A DNA stretch of 64,000 nucleotides, from contig OZ024740.1 of assembly GCA_964016885.1 (NCBI GenBank), forward strand, positions 369,210,001-369,274,000, in the 5' to 3' direction. Under the pieces are notes generated by a model. That model made no database searches. It worked only from the letters and a program-made list of their open reading frames with translations, and was not told the origin of the DNA. Positions 38,447 through 53,280 of the stretch are shown piece by piece. Made by a program: the position numbers and the translations under genes. Origin of the DNA: Eledone cirrhosa (Eukaryota). Numbering within the stretch: position 1 is the stretch's first letter; every line of letters starts with the position of its first letter.

Positions 38447-40951
38447 GCGTGTGTGCGTGTGTGTGTGCGTGCGTGCGTGCGTACAGGGTTTACGAGAGTC
38501 AGTGATGTTATTTCAGAGATTCCCAACCATGACTCACTCACTCCATGAATCTATAAGTTTGCATTTGTGAAACTGTATCTCGATGTTCAGACTACACCCA
38601 TAATAAATAAATAGCGAGTGCAGTGGCAGATTTTTGGAAAAGATACGTTATATATATATAAATACATTTATCAAGTCTGATAATTAAGTAGTAAACTATA
38701 TCCATTGCTTTGAAATATGTCATCTGAATAACGTTGTTGGTGAAAAACACTTTCAGCTTGCAGGCATACCTTGGTCTAATGGCTAAATTATAGGAAACAA
38801 TGTTTGACAAGTATAATATACATAATGTTTACATCATACCTCACAAGTTAGTGATTATCTGAATCATCAGGTATTTTTTCCAAATTAATAGTGCCTAATT
38901 TCATCAGCTGAACATTTGAAAAACTTCGGTACATTTTACGGCCTGCAGGAATGAAAAAATTCGAGCATCACAGCGCTGAAGATCATTCCGGTATTAATGT
39001 CTGATATGTACTGCATTTCGTTCCCACATTTACTTGCGAAGCGGAATCCCTTCACACATATTTAATTGCTTCCTCAATAGACTGGCGTCCTCAATGTATA
39101 CGTTTGTACGCTGGCTTTCATGCATAATTTTAATAATCATTCGTGACTAGCATCAAATTTCATGCTGCCCGTATATATAACTAGTTTGGCATCCTCACTT
39201 TCAGTTTCTATATCATGAAAGTTTTTAACTCAACTGTCGTAATTGTGTTTTGAAGATTTGAAGCAGCAATACACCACCTTGTGCAAAAAGGTAATAATAG
39301 AACATTTTTAAATAGGCTAGTTTGTACTTAGCAGGACTTATGACAATCATTCGTCACAAAAGGACCAAATGCTAACATCCTCATATGATATTATTGCTGT
39401 GTCACGCCTAGTAAAATGCTTGCTCTTTAAATTATCAAACACCAAATTAAGACGTGATGCATAATATAGGACGGAAAGCTGAAATATCAATGATAATTAC
39501 TAGAATACACACCTTGTGTTGTCTCGTAAATTGTAGTATATGGCACAGACTCACCTACTAGCGAGAAGGCTACTTCGGGTATTTCTGGCCATGGAATTTG
39601 CACCCATGACAGACCATGGATTTCACTCACCGAAGCACAAACTGAGCAGATTATTTGGTGGAAAACCTATATTTACTCATGCATGCTTGTTTCCCATCTC
39701 TAAAATTGCGATAGTATGCAAGGAAAATTTCCGAGACATCTTGGCACCATTATGTGATTAAATTTTACATCACGTTTTATTATTTTGCAACTATTCAGAT
39801 AAGCTTTACATTTATGGTTGCGTTGGAGTCGTTATTTTCAATTCAGACATAGCACCTACAATTTCATTTAATTATCTCTAACCAATTAGAACTACATATT
39901 TACCTGACACCATTTTATTTCACATCAGAGGACGTTTCAAGTTTGAGTAACCAATGAACTGTTCATTACCTTTTTCGCCTTAAATGTTATATGTTCTCGT
40001 ATACATACTGTAACTGTTTATATTTAACCGCTAATATTGTTTAGGCTGCATATATGATCCTTTTTGTGTTTGGTTTTGTCTCATAAACTACTCATTTATT
40101 TCCATATGTCTATATAGGGTATTTCCTGTACTCCTACTGATGCCAAGTGGATTTAAATAATTTATCTCTCACTCTCAAAAAAACATACCATGTGCAAACT
40201 CCTAAATCACGCACTAGAACTTTAATAGGGAAGTGACACACTGGACAATGCAGCTGTTGATATTGCAGAAACAATGATTGCTTCAGTTAGAACATTTGTC
40301 AAACTAGGAAATACTGTATCCATGAGATAAAACTTCGATTAAAATAGATTAATGTATGGCGCACGATTTCTGACAAATCTGTGGAAAACACTATTTGAAA
40401 TAATTGAACGAACAAGTAGTTCATTTGATCGAATAACATAATACGAATCGTCTAATATATCAGAGGCTTCAACGTCAAACAAAAAACATATAGACGTCTT
40501 TAATGTTGATAATAAGCTTGTTTTAACAGGACTTATCTCGGGATAAATAGTAACAAAATTCAATTATTAGAGACAGAAAACATACAACACTAGTTGTCAC
40601 GAACAAATATGGGGCATACTCATCTATTTGTATGATGCAAATACGATTTACAACTCCCTCAAATAACACTCTGCCTCTCTTAACAGCAGAGACGATGCAT
40701 TTCATAATATTGGCCTAATTAGGGACATATTCAAACATAAGCTAACATGATAGGGGGGTTCAGTTTGGCAGAAACAACACAAACATTACAAAAACACAAC
40801 AAAATAAAACAATGCAAATGCATTGCTAATATGTCTTCAAATTGCTCATTTGATATAACCAAATTTGCAACTATAAATATTACCTTAACTAAATTATGTG
40901 CTATTATTTTTCATTTATGTTTACGCATTTTCCATTAAAGATTTTATGTAA

Positions 40952-41143
40952 TAATTGTTTCTACATTTGGCACAATGCCAGCAATTATCCCAGTGCATTA
41001 CTGGTGCTTTACTTTATCTAACCCATAAGAATGAAAGGCAAAGTTAACCGCGGTGGGATTTGAACTCAGACTGGAAAGGGCTGTAACTCTATGTTGCAAA
41101 GCCTGGCGTCCGACCGTCTTCCGATACTACAAATCCACCACCC
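40952..41143 (-). mobile_element. tRNA-derived SINE
   Basis: Full-length match to the in-window SINE consensus. Confidence 0.85.
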
Positions 41144-43311
41144 TTTATGTAATTTTATGTTCCAAAATTTAGCCCAAAGTTTTCGCAATAAATTTAAGTC
41201 AACTATGGGTAAATTCAACATGGGAAACGATTAAAACTCTCAATTAATATATCAATTATGATGTTGTATTACCATAGGTCACCTTCATATGAATTGAGGG
41301 ATATTTGAATAAAACCAACATTCAATCCTGTAATTATTAACTCCTAGTTTTGAAAGGATGTGTATTTTTAAAATTTACATATTTTTCAAACATTTCCTCC
41401 TTGACCAAATTTGAATTCCCTTCCTTTGGAATATGAATATTCTATATCAAATATTCATTTGGTTTTATTATAAATTTCAGACTTCAGATCGGCACTTTTC
41501 TACATTCCAATACCATTCATGAAATTGCTTAGTGTATTACCGAAACATCACTGTATTATTTTGTTTGATATAATTTACCTACTACCAAAGGAGTAATATA
41601 TATTATTCTCTTTTTTTGCTTGTTCTCATAGAGTGATGAATGTTATGTTTCAAACAAGTTTAGGCCAAATCTCGCTGTTATATACTTTGCCGTTCATCTA
41701 TGCATGGTCGATAACATTTGAAATGTCTGTCAAATACTGAAGCCGACATAGTTGCCTGACCCCAACCACACTAATTTCTGGTTTTGATCCTTTTTTGCAG
41801 TATAGTACCGAAAGCTACACGCATTACTATGTAAACAATGAAGAAACATTTAATAAAGCATAGTGGGCTATTGATTAAATAATAATTTTGCCGAACATTT
41901 CTAAACAAAAGCATCGGTCTATGGTTCAGCTTAATAATCTATTTATAGTTTTCATTACAGATCTGATATTTCATTGGAGAATCACTTCCATAATTCTCTT
42001 TAAATGTACACAGCCGTCCCTAAAGAATTGGTGTAACGTTTGTTTTACATGTTTACATTTTACACAAACTTTAATTCGTGTTCGTAAGACTTTACTTTAC
42101 ATCATTCTCAATTTTCACGTTTTCAATTTAGAGACAGCATTTCTTTTCATTTCTTTTTACTGATGTGTGTGTTCGAAATATGGACATATACCCTCTTCAA
42201 CGTTAGCAGTATTAAAATGAAAGTTATAATGGAATAATCGGTCATGTTGGTGTATTTCTTCCCAAATAAACTGTCTGCTTATAATGTTTTCTCTAACATG
42301 TATACAATAAGTAGTACAGCAATTCTTCTCTTTTGTGATTACTTCTTGCCACAATCATTAGTCCTGTAACATTATCCAATGAACACAAGTTTATTATATT
42401 AGCACGTTTATGATTTTAAGGGATTTGGTGAGCACGAATGTATATCCTGCAATTCTTTATTTGCTTACAATGATATATTTGAATTCATTTCCATTAATTA
42501 TGTTCAATTCATTCCCGACTTTGTTAATTCATATACCTTTAAATATATTATTCTTCATATATTTCAAACTTACATTAAAACGTATTTTATTTTTATATTA
42601 TTCGTTCATATTTTATCATGATATAGTGTCTGTTAATGTACACAAAGAGTTTGATTTATAATGTATGCCATTTTAAATTATTTTAATGCCAAATCGTAAT
42701 ATATATTAAAATCTAAAATATTCTAGTAAAAAAATTACATTTGCAACAGATCAGGGGATATAGCAAGACTGAATTAAGCAAGATGGTAAAAAATATCTGT
42801 TTAGAACAGATGATCGAAGAACTGAAGATAAATATTTTCTACAAACACAAAACAATTATTGGTTTCTGCAATAAAACATCTTTTATAAAATGTTTTATCG
42901 TTATATACAGTAAGGTATAAAAGTAATCAGAATGAAAAGCCTATAAAATTTATTTTTTAAAAATGAATGGTTTCTTTCGGATATGAGTAAATAAGACACA
43001 AAATATATATAAAACAGATAAATTTAAAGGAGGTGAAATAAAACGTACGCTAAGATACTATTAATGAAAACTTCTACATTGTCAATGCATGACAATAATA
43101 ATCGAAGAAGCGTCTAATGGGTTTTTCAAAAGTGAACTCTAGCATTGTTTTCTATACTAATTTTGTTTTCCGTCTGCAACATTGATCGTTAGATTAATAT
43201 ATAAATGTTGCAGTTTATTGTAATATTACAGATAAATGCGTAGGCAGTCTCGTTTAACGTGTTGATTATATCCCTAAAAGCCAGCCAGGAAAGTGAAGAC
43301 AGTCAGAGAAT

Positions 43312-43345
<34 letters not shown>

Positions 43346-43646
43346 GAGGGAAGAAAGCATTCCCGTTGCACATTTGTTCACAGATAGTGATCTACTAACG
43401 AACAATTAGTTAGATAGCCCCACCAGATGTCATTAAACTTCTCCCACCTTCCTTACTCTTAAGATCAGCCATGCAATATTTGATATTGGGTGTGAGCTAT
43501 AAATGCACGTAATGATCTGGTGTGCGCGTCTATCAAATATTTCAATGTTTTCTATTGTCTAATCAACTATACCAGCCCTGTAACAAAATTCCCTGTATAC
43601 AGCTTTCGCTTGGACAATTTTCTCATAATAGCAATATTAATGATAA

Positions 43647-44124
43647 CTAGCAGAAAAAACACCATTCGGGTGGTTTCTGCTAGCATGTGTAGTGTGTAAA
43701 TTGATATTATACGCAAATATATATACATGTAGATATGATACATCAAATGAAATCGTAATTGACAATATATAATACATAGAAATTGAACGAAGACTGCGTT
43801 ACACTGTTTTAATCAGTAACGTAATCCATGATACATTAAAAAAGATGATATTATATATAAACTGCATTAGGAGAAAATTAGTGACGGAAAATTAGTATGT
43901 TTATTTAAGCGATCGCCACCGGGAGTATTGACATTTCAGCAATTTTAAAGAAGTGAATCTTTAAATAAACAAAATATATTTAATGAACAACCACGAAATT
44001 TAGTAGATAAATTATGTAATATTCATTCATTATTTCTTCAAATTAATCCAACTTATTTCATAAACGGGATAAAAAAAAATAAACCGTACGCAATCCCGCA
44101 GACCTTTCTTTATTATAGTTTAGA
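43647..44124 (-). mobile_element. Possible non-autonomous Helitron
   Basis: Minus strand starts A|TCTAAACTATAATAAAG and ends with a subterminal hairpin (cacc/ggtg) plus CTAG|T. Confidence 0.42.
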
Positions 44125-44126
44125 TG

Positions 44127-44342
44127 GTTTCTGATTTAGATACAGGGGCAGTAATTTTGGGGAGGGAAAAGTCGATTAAATCGACTCCAGTGCGTTACAG
44201 GTACTTTATTTTATCGACTCCGTAAGGATGAAACGCAAAGCTAAACTCGGTGAGCTTTGAACTTAGAACGTAAAAGGCAGTAACTCTATTCCGAGAAGCA
44301 TAGTGTCCAACGATCCACCTATACTGCCAATCCACTACCCTT
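44127..44342 (-). mobile_element. tRNA-derived SINE
   Basis: Core tttatcgactccgtaaggatgaaa plus B-box relic. Confidence 0.8.
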
Positions 44343-44771
44343 ATACAGCCACATAATAATGATAATAATAATTTATTTATTTATTATTATTTTTTTAATA
44401 AGAAGAAAGCAGAAGGAAGTTAGATGTCAACTTGGCTCCGTGTCCGAACACATTGCAACTGTCATGTGGATCATGTTATAGTAGACAGTATCGACAACAG
44501 ATTTAAAGAAGCGATCGCGTATATAGTTATGAAACCCTCAACCCCACCCCGTTGAAACAATTTACAAAAACAGCAACAACAACAAAAACAATACCAGTCC
44601 AAGCGACTTCAAAATGAAGGCATCATTCTATTTATAGACTGATGTTGCAATACTGAGGTAAAAAAACAAATGCTACGGACATCAAACAATTACAATGACA
44701 GCCACGCCATCGGCACCACTAGCAACATAGAAGCATTTCACAAAGTATCAATTTCAAAAAATGGCTAATAA

Positions 44772-44990
44772 TTGATTCTAATTCAGGCGCATGGCCAGAA
44801 ATTTGAAGTGGAGGGGAAGTCCAGATAAATCTACCCTAGTGCATTACTGGTACTCTATTTTATCACTGGGGTAAGGATGCATTGCAAAGCTAAGCTCAGG
44901 GACATTTGAACTCGGAACGTAAAGGGCCCGAACTCTCTGCCTCGAAACATGGTATCCGACGCTCTACCGATACTGTCAATCCAATACCCT
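44772..44990 (-). mobile_element. tRNA-derived SINE (diverged)
   Basis: cattactggtactctattttatc...tttgaactc...tctaccgatactgtcaatcc. Confidence 0.75.
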
Positions 44991-45194
44991 CATAGGTCCC
45001 TTCCCTAATGCGAAAAAAAAATCTTAATGTTACTATTGTTAATGGTTTCTTAATTGTAAAGTGTGAGTCTATGTGCATATTATCCTTCGATATATGAATT
45101 TATGTAGCATAGCAACTGAAATATAACTACATCATTGGCGGAGTATGACAGGCACATGTTTCTTGATCGCAAACTGATTTGTGCGGCGGTTCAT

Positions 45195-46010
45195 CCATAC
45201 AATGGATTTCTCTGAGTGAGTGTGAAGCAGTAACAGGAGCGAAAATTAACTGGGGTCTGCAGCTCGGCCCCGGGAGAAGCAAATCTATGCCATCCAATAG
45301 CGTCGTAGTGCACTGGATAGAGGCACCGCTTAAATTGCCCAGTGTTTGGTTTGGTTTGATCAATAGTTCCAGGTGGACATAAATGGGAATGACATTACGA
45401 GCAGAGTCGACCCTTTCACCCATAAGTGGGCTGAGAGGAAACTATCATTGAAATATTCGACACAACAGGCGAACGTCATCTACTACCGCCTGATATCGTG
45501 ATTTCCGAAGAGTCTCCCTGTCGAAGATGAGAAAGTAGCAGCTTTTTTTCTGGAGGATATTTGTTTGTGGGACGATGAATAAGTTCCAGAAATCTCTGGC
45601 CTTGCATAGCCGTCAGCCAAGTATTTCCGAGATCTACGTAGGGCAACGAAACCGTCGTACATGCAATCGTTCAGTTCCCTGACATTGCTGATCTGAGGGT
45701 TTATGTCGAATATATGCTCTCACGTGAAGTAGGGATCCAGGTATTAACTGAATCCATCGGGAAAGTCGCCACGCCGCTTTCCTTTAACTAGAGAGGACAT
45801 GCAGTTTTTATATGCCTGCTGGCCATGACGCAAACAGGTTGTATGGCAGACGGAATTAATAGGTTTGAAGACGAACAATTTTCCTTTTGGCAAATCCCTC
45901 ATCAACCTCTTCAAGTTTCTCTTGAAAACGAAAATCAGAGTGGAGAGGAACGTATTACCTCCCAGCCATCTTATTGAAAGGTGGTGGGAGTGAAAAGCAT
46001 TGTCCGAGTC
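45195..46010 (+). mobile_element. Older Tx1/L1 ORF2 3' fragment
   Basis: EAVTGAKIN..GLQLGP..KSMPSNSVVVHWIEAPLKLPSVWFG; ...GKSLINLFKFLLKTKIRVERNVL...ERW matches the ORF2 C-terminus. Confidence 0.7.
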
Positions 46011-47242
46011 GAGGCGCCTGCCCTGAATATAGGCCTGTAAATTGGAGCTGAAGAACTGAGATTTGACACTTGCCTTCGTAGTCATACCAGTCTGCAATTT
46101 ATCAGTTTCTTTCCTCCTATAGCCATCGGATGTCTCTTCCCTATTGCGGAAAACTAATTTTGTAAACATTATTGTTACCTCACTTATTATACCTGTTTCT
46201 CGCAAAACCCACAAACTTAATGTTTTGTCGTTTTTGTCCTTAATGTTTGTATTAATTGTAAAGTGTGAGTGTTAGCGCATATTATCATCCGATATATGAA
46301 TTTTCCAAATAACTGATATATTCAAAAAATTCCAGCTTATATTTGTTTCATATTTCAACTATATTTTTAATGAAATATCTTTTGTTTCTAATGTTTGAAT
46401 ATATTTAAATGTTATCTCCCAAATAATTTTCGTGTGATCGCAGCATTTTGTACCTATAGAACTCATAATTACAAATGATACATTATTCTAGTGCATAAGC
46501 AAAGTCTTTTGAGCTACAATGTACTTGATATACCACAGTTTAAGAAAATTGATTTTATCACATTCGCTGGAGTGTATAATGAACTTGCATCACTATCCCT
46601 GAAATATCGCATCACTTTCCTTTTATATATTTCTGAGTATATTTTTATCACTTTTCAAGAAGTTTGGGTGTACAAATTCACACATATTCTCAAATATTGA
46701 TTTACTTCAATTTCCAAACCTGAAACGTTCTCATTCAATTGACGTGTCTATGTCTCATTCTTCTCCATTGAAATTCCATAACCCACCTTTTTTTTAACAC
46801 CTGATCTTCTCACTTTTAATCTCCGATACACTAGTGTTTCAAAACATTCGAATGTTGAACTAAAGAATACCATACAAATACACAGGCAATATACGTGAAC
46901 TCTCTGTGACTTCCCATCTCATTATCTCGTTTTATTCTTCCGTTTCTTTATCTCTCCCCATTATTATTTTAAGTTTATCATAAACATAACAGTAATGTGA
47001 CTTTCAAATTATCCAAAGATTTTCTACTAAACATATATGCATATAGAAATGGAGAGAAGCATAAATGTTTAGTAGAAAATCTTTGGATAATTTGAAAGTC
47101 ACATTATTGTTATGATACATATATACATATATGTATGTGCGTGTGTATGTTCGTATGTACGTACGCGTATGTATTTTATATACATATGTACACACACTTA
47201 TGTAGCCAAATATGTATATATATATATATTTATTAAAATAAA

Positions 47243-48070
47243 AGGTGGACGACATGACCGTGGTGGTGTTGGACACATCAGAAATCAAGGTGGTCGGCAA
47301 CTTATTTGAGGAATAGGAAAGGTTGACGGGAGCAAAACTTAACCCGGAAAAGTCGGTGGGTTTGCAACTCGGCACCTGGAGAGGTAAGTCCATGCCGTCC
47401 AACAGCATCGTTAGGCGCTGGACGGACCGGTAAAGTTGCTAGGGGTTTGGTTCGGGCCAGACCTCCAGGTGGATAAGAATTGGTACGAGGTGACGAGCAG
47501 GGTAGCCAATCTCGCCCAAAAATGGGCTGTGAGAAAGCTATCACTGAAAGGTCGGGCGGAGGTGGCGAACGCGTACATCGCGTCCGTCATCTACTACCGT
47601 CTGGCCGCGTCTCATGCCCCTGTTCGCGCCTCGCCATCTTGGAGCGGCTCCTCTTCAAATTCTTGTGGAGGGGTCAGGTTCCGTTGGTGAGGCGGTCCAT
47701 CTGCTGCCAGTACCCTCTACGTGGAGGACAGGGCATGCCGTGACTAATGATGCGCAGACACGCGCTGAGGCTGCGGCATCTCCAGATATTCCGCCTAAAC
47801 GGTGAACAGGTGTGGTCGCCGTTTGTCAGACGAGCCTTTCCGCAGCTCTTTGACTGAGCTGCAGTCCAGGGTCAAGAAGAGACCGAGACTGGGTGACTGG
47901 CATCTGGAATATTGCCAGGCACTCACTGCCCTCTACCAGGCGGGAAATGCGGTCAGTGGAAACTTCCACTCTCGAGTTCTATAGGGGATTAGTGGTGGGG
48001 AAGTGCGACGACGCACTCGGAGAGGCTCTGGGCGTCGACGAGGTCGAACTAACCAGTCTCTTCCGGAGGT
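47243..48070 (+). mobile_element. Tx1/L1 ORF2 fragment related to the 10.5-16.3 kb element
   Basis: VDDMTVVV...; LLGVWFGPDLQVDKNW...LSLKGRAEVANAYIASVIYYRL; VRRSICCQYP. Confidence 0.88.
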
Positions 48071-48152
48071 GCTCTACGGTTCTTATATATTTGATATATA
48101 TTTATCCTTATCGAGCCCTCTTTGGATTTTAGTCTTCACATTTATTATTATT

Positions 48153-48190
<38 letters not shown>

Positions 48191-49442
48191 GATGTGTGAT
48201 GAGAAATATGACCAAGTACTATTTGAGAAAAGCAGTAGGATGCGAAGATAAAAATATATTGCTGGATATGAAGTAGGGTAATTTAAGAGAAATACAACAC
48301 TACGCTACTCAGAAATGTCGACAACTCACGTAACCCGCTAGATCACCATTTACACCACTTTAACATATATGATTTCCCCTTGATTATTCTACAATAGAAT
48401 TAAATGCACATTCAACATTAGAAACAGTAAATTACGCGACTTCTAACACCGTATTTATATTGTAAATAACTGACACAATCAATAAATTTCAAACTCATTT
48501 GCTTTTGTCTTATTGCTGCTGACATACAGAAGTTGCTTTCCGTCATCAAAAGCAAGCCTTTCTTCTGGATAAGGGTTTCCATCCTCAAGCAGATCTTTTT
48601 AGAGAAAATGCCAGCCATGATGAGGCTTATCGGTCACTGGAGCTTAGAGCGCTTACCACCTTTCACTCACGCTCCGTTGTCTTCAGATATGCGGATGATG
48701 ATATTCTCATGTTAAGTTGAATCCAGGATGAGTTCTTAAAAATTATACGATAACTTCAAAAACATGGATATTAATGTTTTTTTCTGTTTCCGCGACGTAA
48801 TCCAAGAATCATAATTACCAAAGTTAGGTATATGCTACATAAACCGCACGTCAATGGGAAGACCACAGCTGCTATTTTCAATCTTTCCCGATATCGTTCT
48901 GAATATACAACTGTTACACTACGGACTATCACTGAGGAGGCCTTTGTGCATGAACCGGACCAGATAGTGTAACAACACACTAACAGGTCCATCAAAACAG
49001 TGGAAATTTACATAAGAATGTCTAAGCTCATGCATTTAAAGCACGGTCGAGAACCTACAGTGATCAACGAACAAACAAATACAACTTTTTACTCTATCAA
49101 AAACATTTTCAAAAATTCAATCCATGATACTGATTAACACTAGTTATAGCTGAGGGGAACATTGGTGCAACCGCATATGTGAAATGTATACAGCTGAGAG
49201 ACTACATTCACCGGTTTGTGCAAGTTACTTTTCAGATACCAGTCAAACTCACAGTAAAAGAGGACGCGTAAGAAAAAGAAAATTCATTTCATTTGGTAAG
49301 GGTGTTCTAGCCATGAACTATTATGATACATAAACTCAGAGAATATATCATTTTGTTCTTAATTTACTCTACACCAATTCTACCATTATATTTCCTATTC
49401 GCATAGTAGCGCCTCTTCCCCATATTCTTTTCATCGCATATA

Positions 49443-50321
49443 CGAGGGCAATCCCAAAAGTAAGGTCTCCAAAGCGATGGCGACGCAGAGAAACTGTTCG
49501 TACAGCTGTTGACAACACTGGTGCTGCCTTCACACCCAAACAAGCATGTGCACGCGCCGCTAGGATGCTCAACCTTGGCTCGGCAGCCGTTGAGAATGGA
49601 GCTCCCGTTGAACGCTACCGCCAAGTGCGAAATTCGCGCAGTTATTCGGATTTTGAACGCAAAAGGCGTTGAACCGATTGAAATTCATCGCCAATTGACG
49701 GTAGTGTATGGACAGTCGTGCATGGATGTCAAAAGCGTTCGCAAGTGGTGTAGTGAGATTACAGCCGGTCGTACTGTGAGTCACGACGAACAAAGGAGTG
49801 GGAGACCGTCAATTTCCGACGAGACAGTCGCAAAGGTCGACGAAGACATGCGTAAAGATCGGTGGATCACTCTGGATGCTCTCCGCATTTTGGTTCCTGA
49901 GATTTCCCGAAGCACCATCCACAGGATTTTAACGAATAAATTGCGACTGGCGGTCTCCCCCTCCTTTGTTGGTCGTGAATTTCAGTACGACCGGCTGTAA
50001 ACTCTCTACACCTCTTGCGAACGTTTTTGACATCAATGCATACTCTTCATACACTTCCGTCAATTGGCGATGAATTTCAATCGGTTCAACACCTTTTGCG
50101 TTTAAAAACCGAATAAGTGCGCGAACTTCGCACTTGGCGGTAGCGTTCAACGGGAGCTCCATTCTCAACGGCTGCCAAGCCAAGATTGAGCATCCCGCGA
50201 AGCGCGCGCATGCTTGTTTGGGAGTGAAGGAAGCAACAATCACAACAGTGTTGCCAACAGCCGTACGAAGTTTCTCCGCGTCCCCATCGCTTTGGCGAGC
50301 TTACTTTTGGGATTGCCCTCG
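49443..50321. mobile_element. Mariner-family foldback made of two 5' halves, TA target duplication
   Basis: TA-cgagggcaatcccaaaagtaag...cttacttttgggattgccctcg-TA. Both arms encode the transposase N-terminus. Confidence 0.88.
49596..49945 (+). pseudogene. Mariner transposase N-terminal HTH region; no DD(D) domain
   Basis: MELPL...EIRAVIRILNAKG...EIHRQL..VYG...VRKW...DEQRSGRPS. An inverted shorter copy starts at 50162 (minus). Confidence 0.85.
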
Positions 50322-50672
50322 TATGTATATATATATACACAAGAGAGTGTTGAAGTTTGCTTGAAGCATTGTGGAATAATAAAATTGGACGTTTTCGAAG
50401 CCTCAATGCAGATGGGTACATCTCCGGGTAAAAGAATCAGGTGGTGAAGAGAGAGATGTAAGAGGAAATGTAAAATGAGACGTATAGTGTGTAGACTATC
50501 GTAGGAAAAGTGTAAAAATAATAACATGAGATAGAGTTAACATGGAAGTGATTTAATTGTCCCGATATTTCGGATTTCGCATCTATCAACTGGGGGTTTT
50601 CCGAGGAGAAAAAAGCTTTTAGTCGGAGAGGGACAACACGTTGCCTCTGTTGTTTACCGGGTGCAATATTCA

Positions 50673-50707
<35 letters not shown>

Positions 50708-51520
50708 CACACACACACACACACATACACACACCCACATACGCACAACACAGACACACACACATACATATATATAGATATATATGTATACACTCTTCAT
50801 ATCCTCGGCATATTTTCAAGCAATATTTTTCGGTAGAATGTATCGGAACATCAATCAGATTTCATAGTAATCTCATTGCTACTTTTCAGAAAAAAATATA
50901 TGTTAGAATAGAAAATATGATTTTAACCTTGCCATTCTCTGATTTGGCTTCGATTAAATAATTAACTATGCTGTCCGACATTCCTTCCCCAATCGTCTAT
51001 ATATTGGATTATTTTTTTCCTGATGTGAGATATATATGTTGTCATGCATCTTTACATCCGCCATACTATCTCTTGATCTTGAAACAAATAATATTTATAT
51101 TAAATTTAGTAACTGAAAATATCAACATCGGCAGAAATATAAAAATGTTCTTAATTTTTCCATTAATACATTAATTTACCCAAATTTCATCCAACTCGTT
51201 CACGAGTTTATTGAACTTGCCTGCAAATTAGAAGTGTCTAACCTATTCCTGGCCGGCATATATATATTAAAGGCAACACAAATAACAAATTAGGTTTTAT
51301 GTTTGATTTTTCAAAATTATTTCCTCTCAGCAATGTGTGTGTTTTATCAATAACTTGAACTTACAATACATTTATCGGTCTATCAGAACCAATATATTTA
51401 ATAATAAGTAACTATTTATAAATGTAAATATCATGGTATTTGTTTTCCTAATCAGTACAAACAATTTTTTCTAGTTATTTCTAATAGGTATGTACGTATA
51501 TGTGTAAACCCACAAACACA

Positions 51521-51557
<37 letters not shown>

Positions 51558-52196
51558 CGTTTCTGAATTTCGAGCAAGGTCAGAGCAAACAGCACGGACA
51601 CTCTATCTCAAAATTATTTTTGAAAAGCATTTAGAAATGCGCAACCGGTAAAAACTTAAAAACTTAAAACCACAACTGAATACTAACCCATACAATCACT
51701 AATACTATTTTATTCCTAATTAAACCATTTTTCAACTGTGAACAATTTGTCAGCATTTTCTATTCCGTTTACCAATATATAATAACTTGTGTGTTACACC
51801 TCTATTCTTTTAACTATATATATATGTATATGTGTGTATGTGTGTGTATGCGTGACTGTGTGTGTGGGTGTGTGTGTGTGAATGTCTGTGTGTGCACGCA
51901 TATATATATATATTAATGATGTATTTTCAATTCACAGGGAATTGTATAGAATGTATATATTTCTAGCATGTATACATTTTCTGGCAACTTGTAAATATCA
52001 TGGTATTTGTTTTCATGCGCGTAATTATTGAAATTTACAGACAAATTGGATTGTTTCGAATATTTACATTCCTAAATGCATAGATATGTGGATATACTTA
52101 TACACGATAGTGCATTCCCGATACCATACTCTATTTATATCGATATAACCTGATCATACATGTCGGCTGTTATCATACTTCTTACTACATATGTAA

Positions 52197-52279
<83 letters not shown>

Positions 52280-52291
52280 GGAACCAGTAAG

Positions 52292-52385
52292 ACCCCGACA
52301 GCTGAGCTCAAGCCGTTTCGACGGCTAATTCTGGACTAAATGAAAATTTATCCTGGTATTTAAATAGCCGATCTTCTCAAGGGGT
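52292..52385 (-). ncRNA. Type-I hammerhead ribozyme, U3-A8 variant (family A)
   Basis: Same motif on the minus strand. Confidence 0.8.
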
Positions 52386-53280
52386 AATTCCATATATGGT
52401 CAAAGTGATTGTCAAAAATCAGTAGTAATTCTGTGGTTGCAAATTAGTAAGGGAGATGGTGGCTAAACCTGCCAGTAGGAGAAAGAGGGGAGGGGGTGGA
52501 GTAGACCCAATCAAGCGTTGGTAGTGCCAGCTACAGCTGGGCATGAGGTCAAAGAAGATACGGGGGAGGGGGAGGGGGAGGAAGTCGGAACGGTAGGTAG
52601 AACAATGGGGGTAGAAATATATAGGAAAGAAAAAATACTGATAGTGAAGAAAAGCAAATAAGTGTAAAGAAAAAAGTAAAGTAAATTAAATTCTACGACC
52701 TAGGTGTCAGGCTATTGTTAGGCTAGAATAAAATAAAGAAAGAAAGAAAGAAGTAAATAAATAAATAAATAAATTAATAACGAAATAAGTAAAAGAACTA
52801 GGTGGGACGGTATAGGCAAGGACCCTTTTAAGAGGTATAAGTACGTAAATGATACGGTGACGGGTCAACAAAAGGGGCCAAAATACTAAAGAGACTACCA
52901 CAAAATAAACAATAAAGGTTTCCATCCCGGGCCAGCAAAGACCCAGTGCAGCAAAGTGAACTTGTACGAGATAATAATTCTGAGTCCCGAGAAAAATATA
53001 TACTAATGCTAACTCTAAAAGATCTAAAACAAGCTACATGAAAGTTCGTACGAAATAAAGGTAGAATACGGAGGAATAAATTCAGCATCCACCCCGCCCA
53101 GAAGAAAAGCGAAGCAAGAAATACTGAAACGAAAAAATAAGGCATAAGTGCCACTAAGAAATATAGAGGGCACAGAGAATAGTGGGAGCGGTCGGAAAAA
53201 GGGGGCAAGTATCCGGGGTCTAAGCCAACTGCTATAAAGGGCGGAGTCCGCCAAATCTATCATAGACTAGGGGAGGGGTG

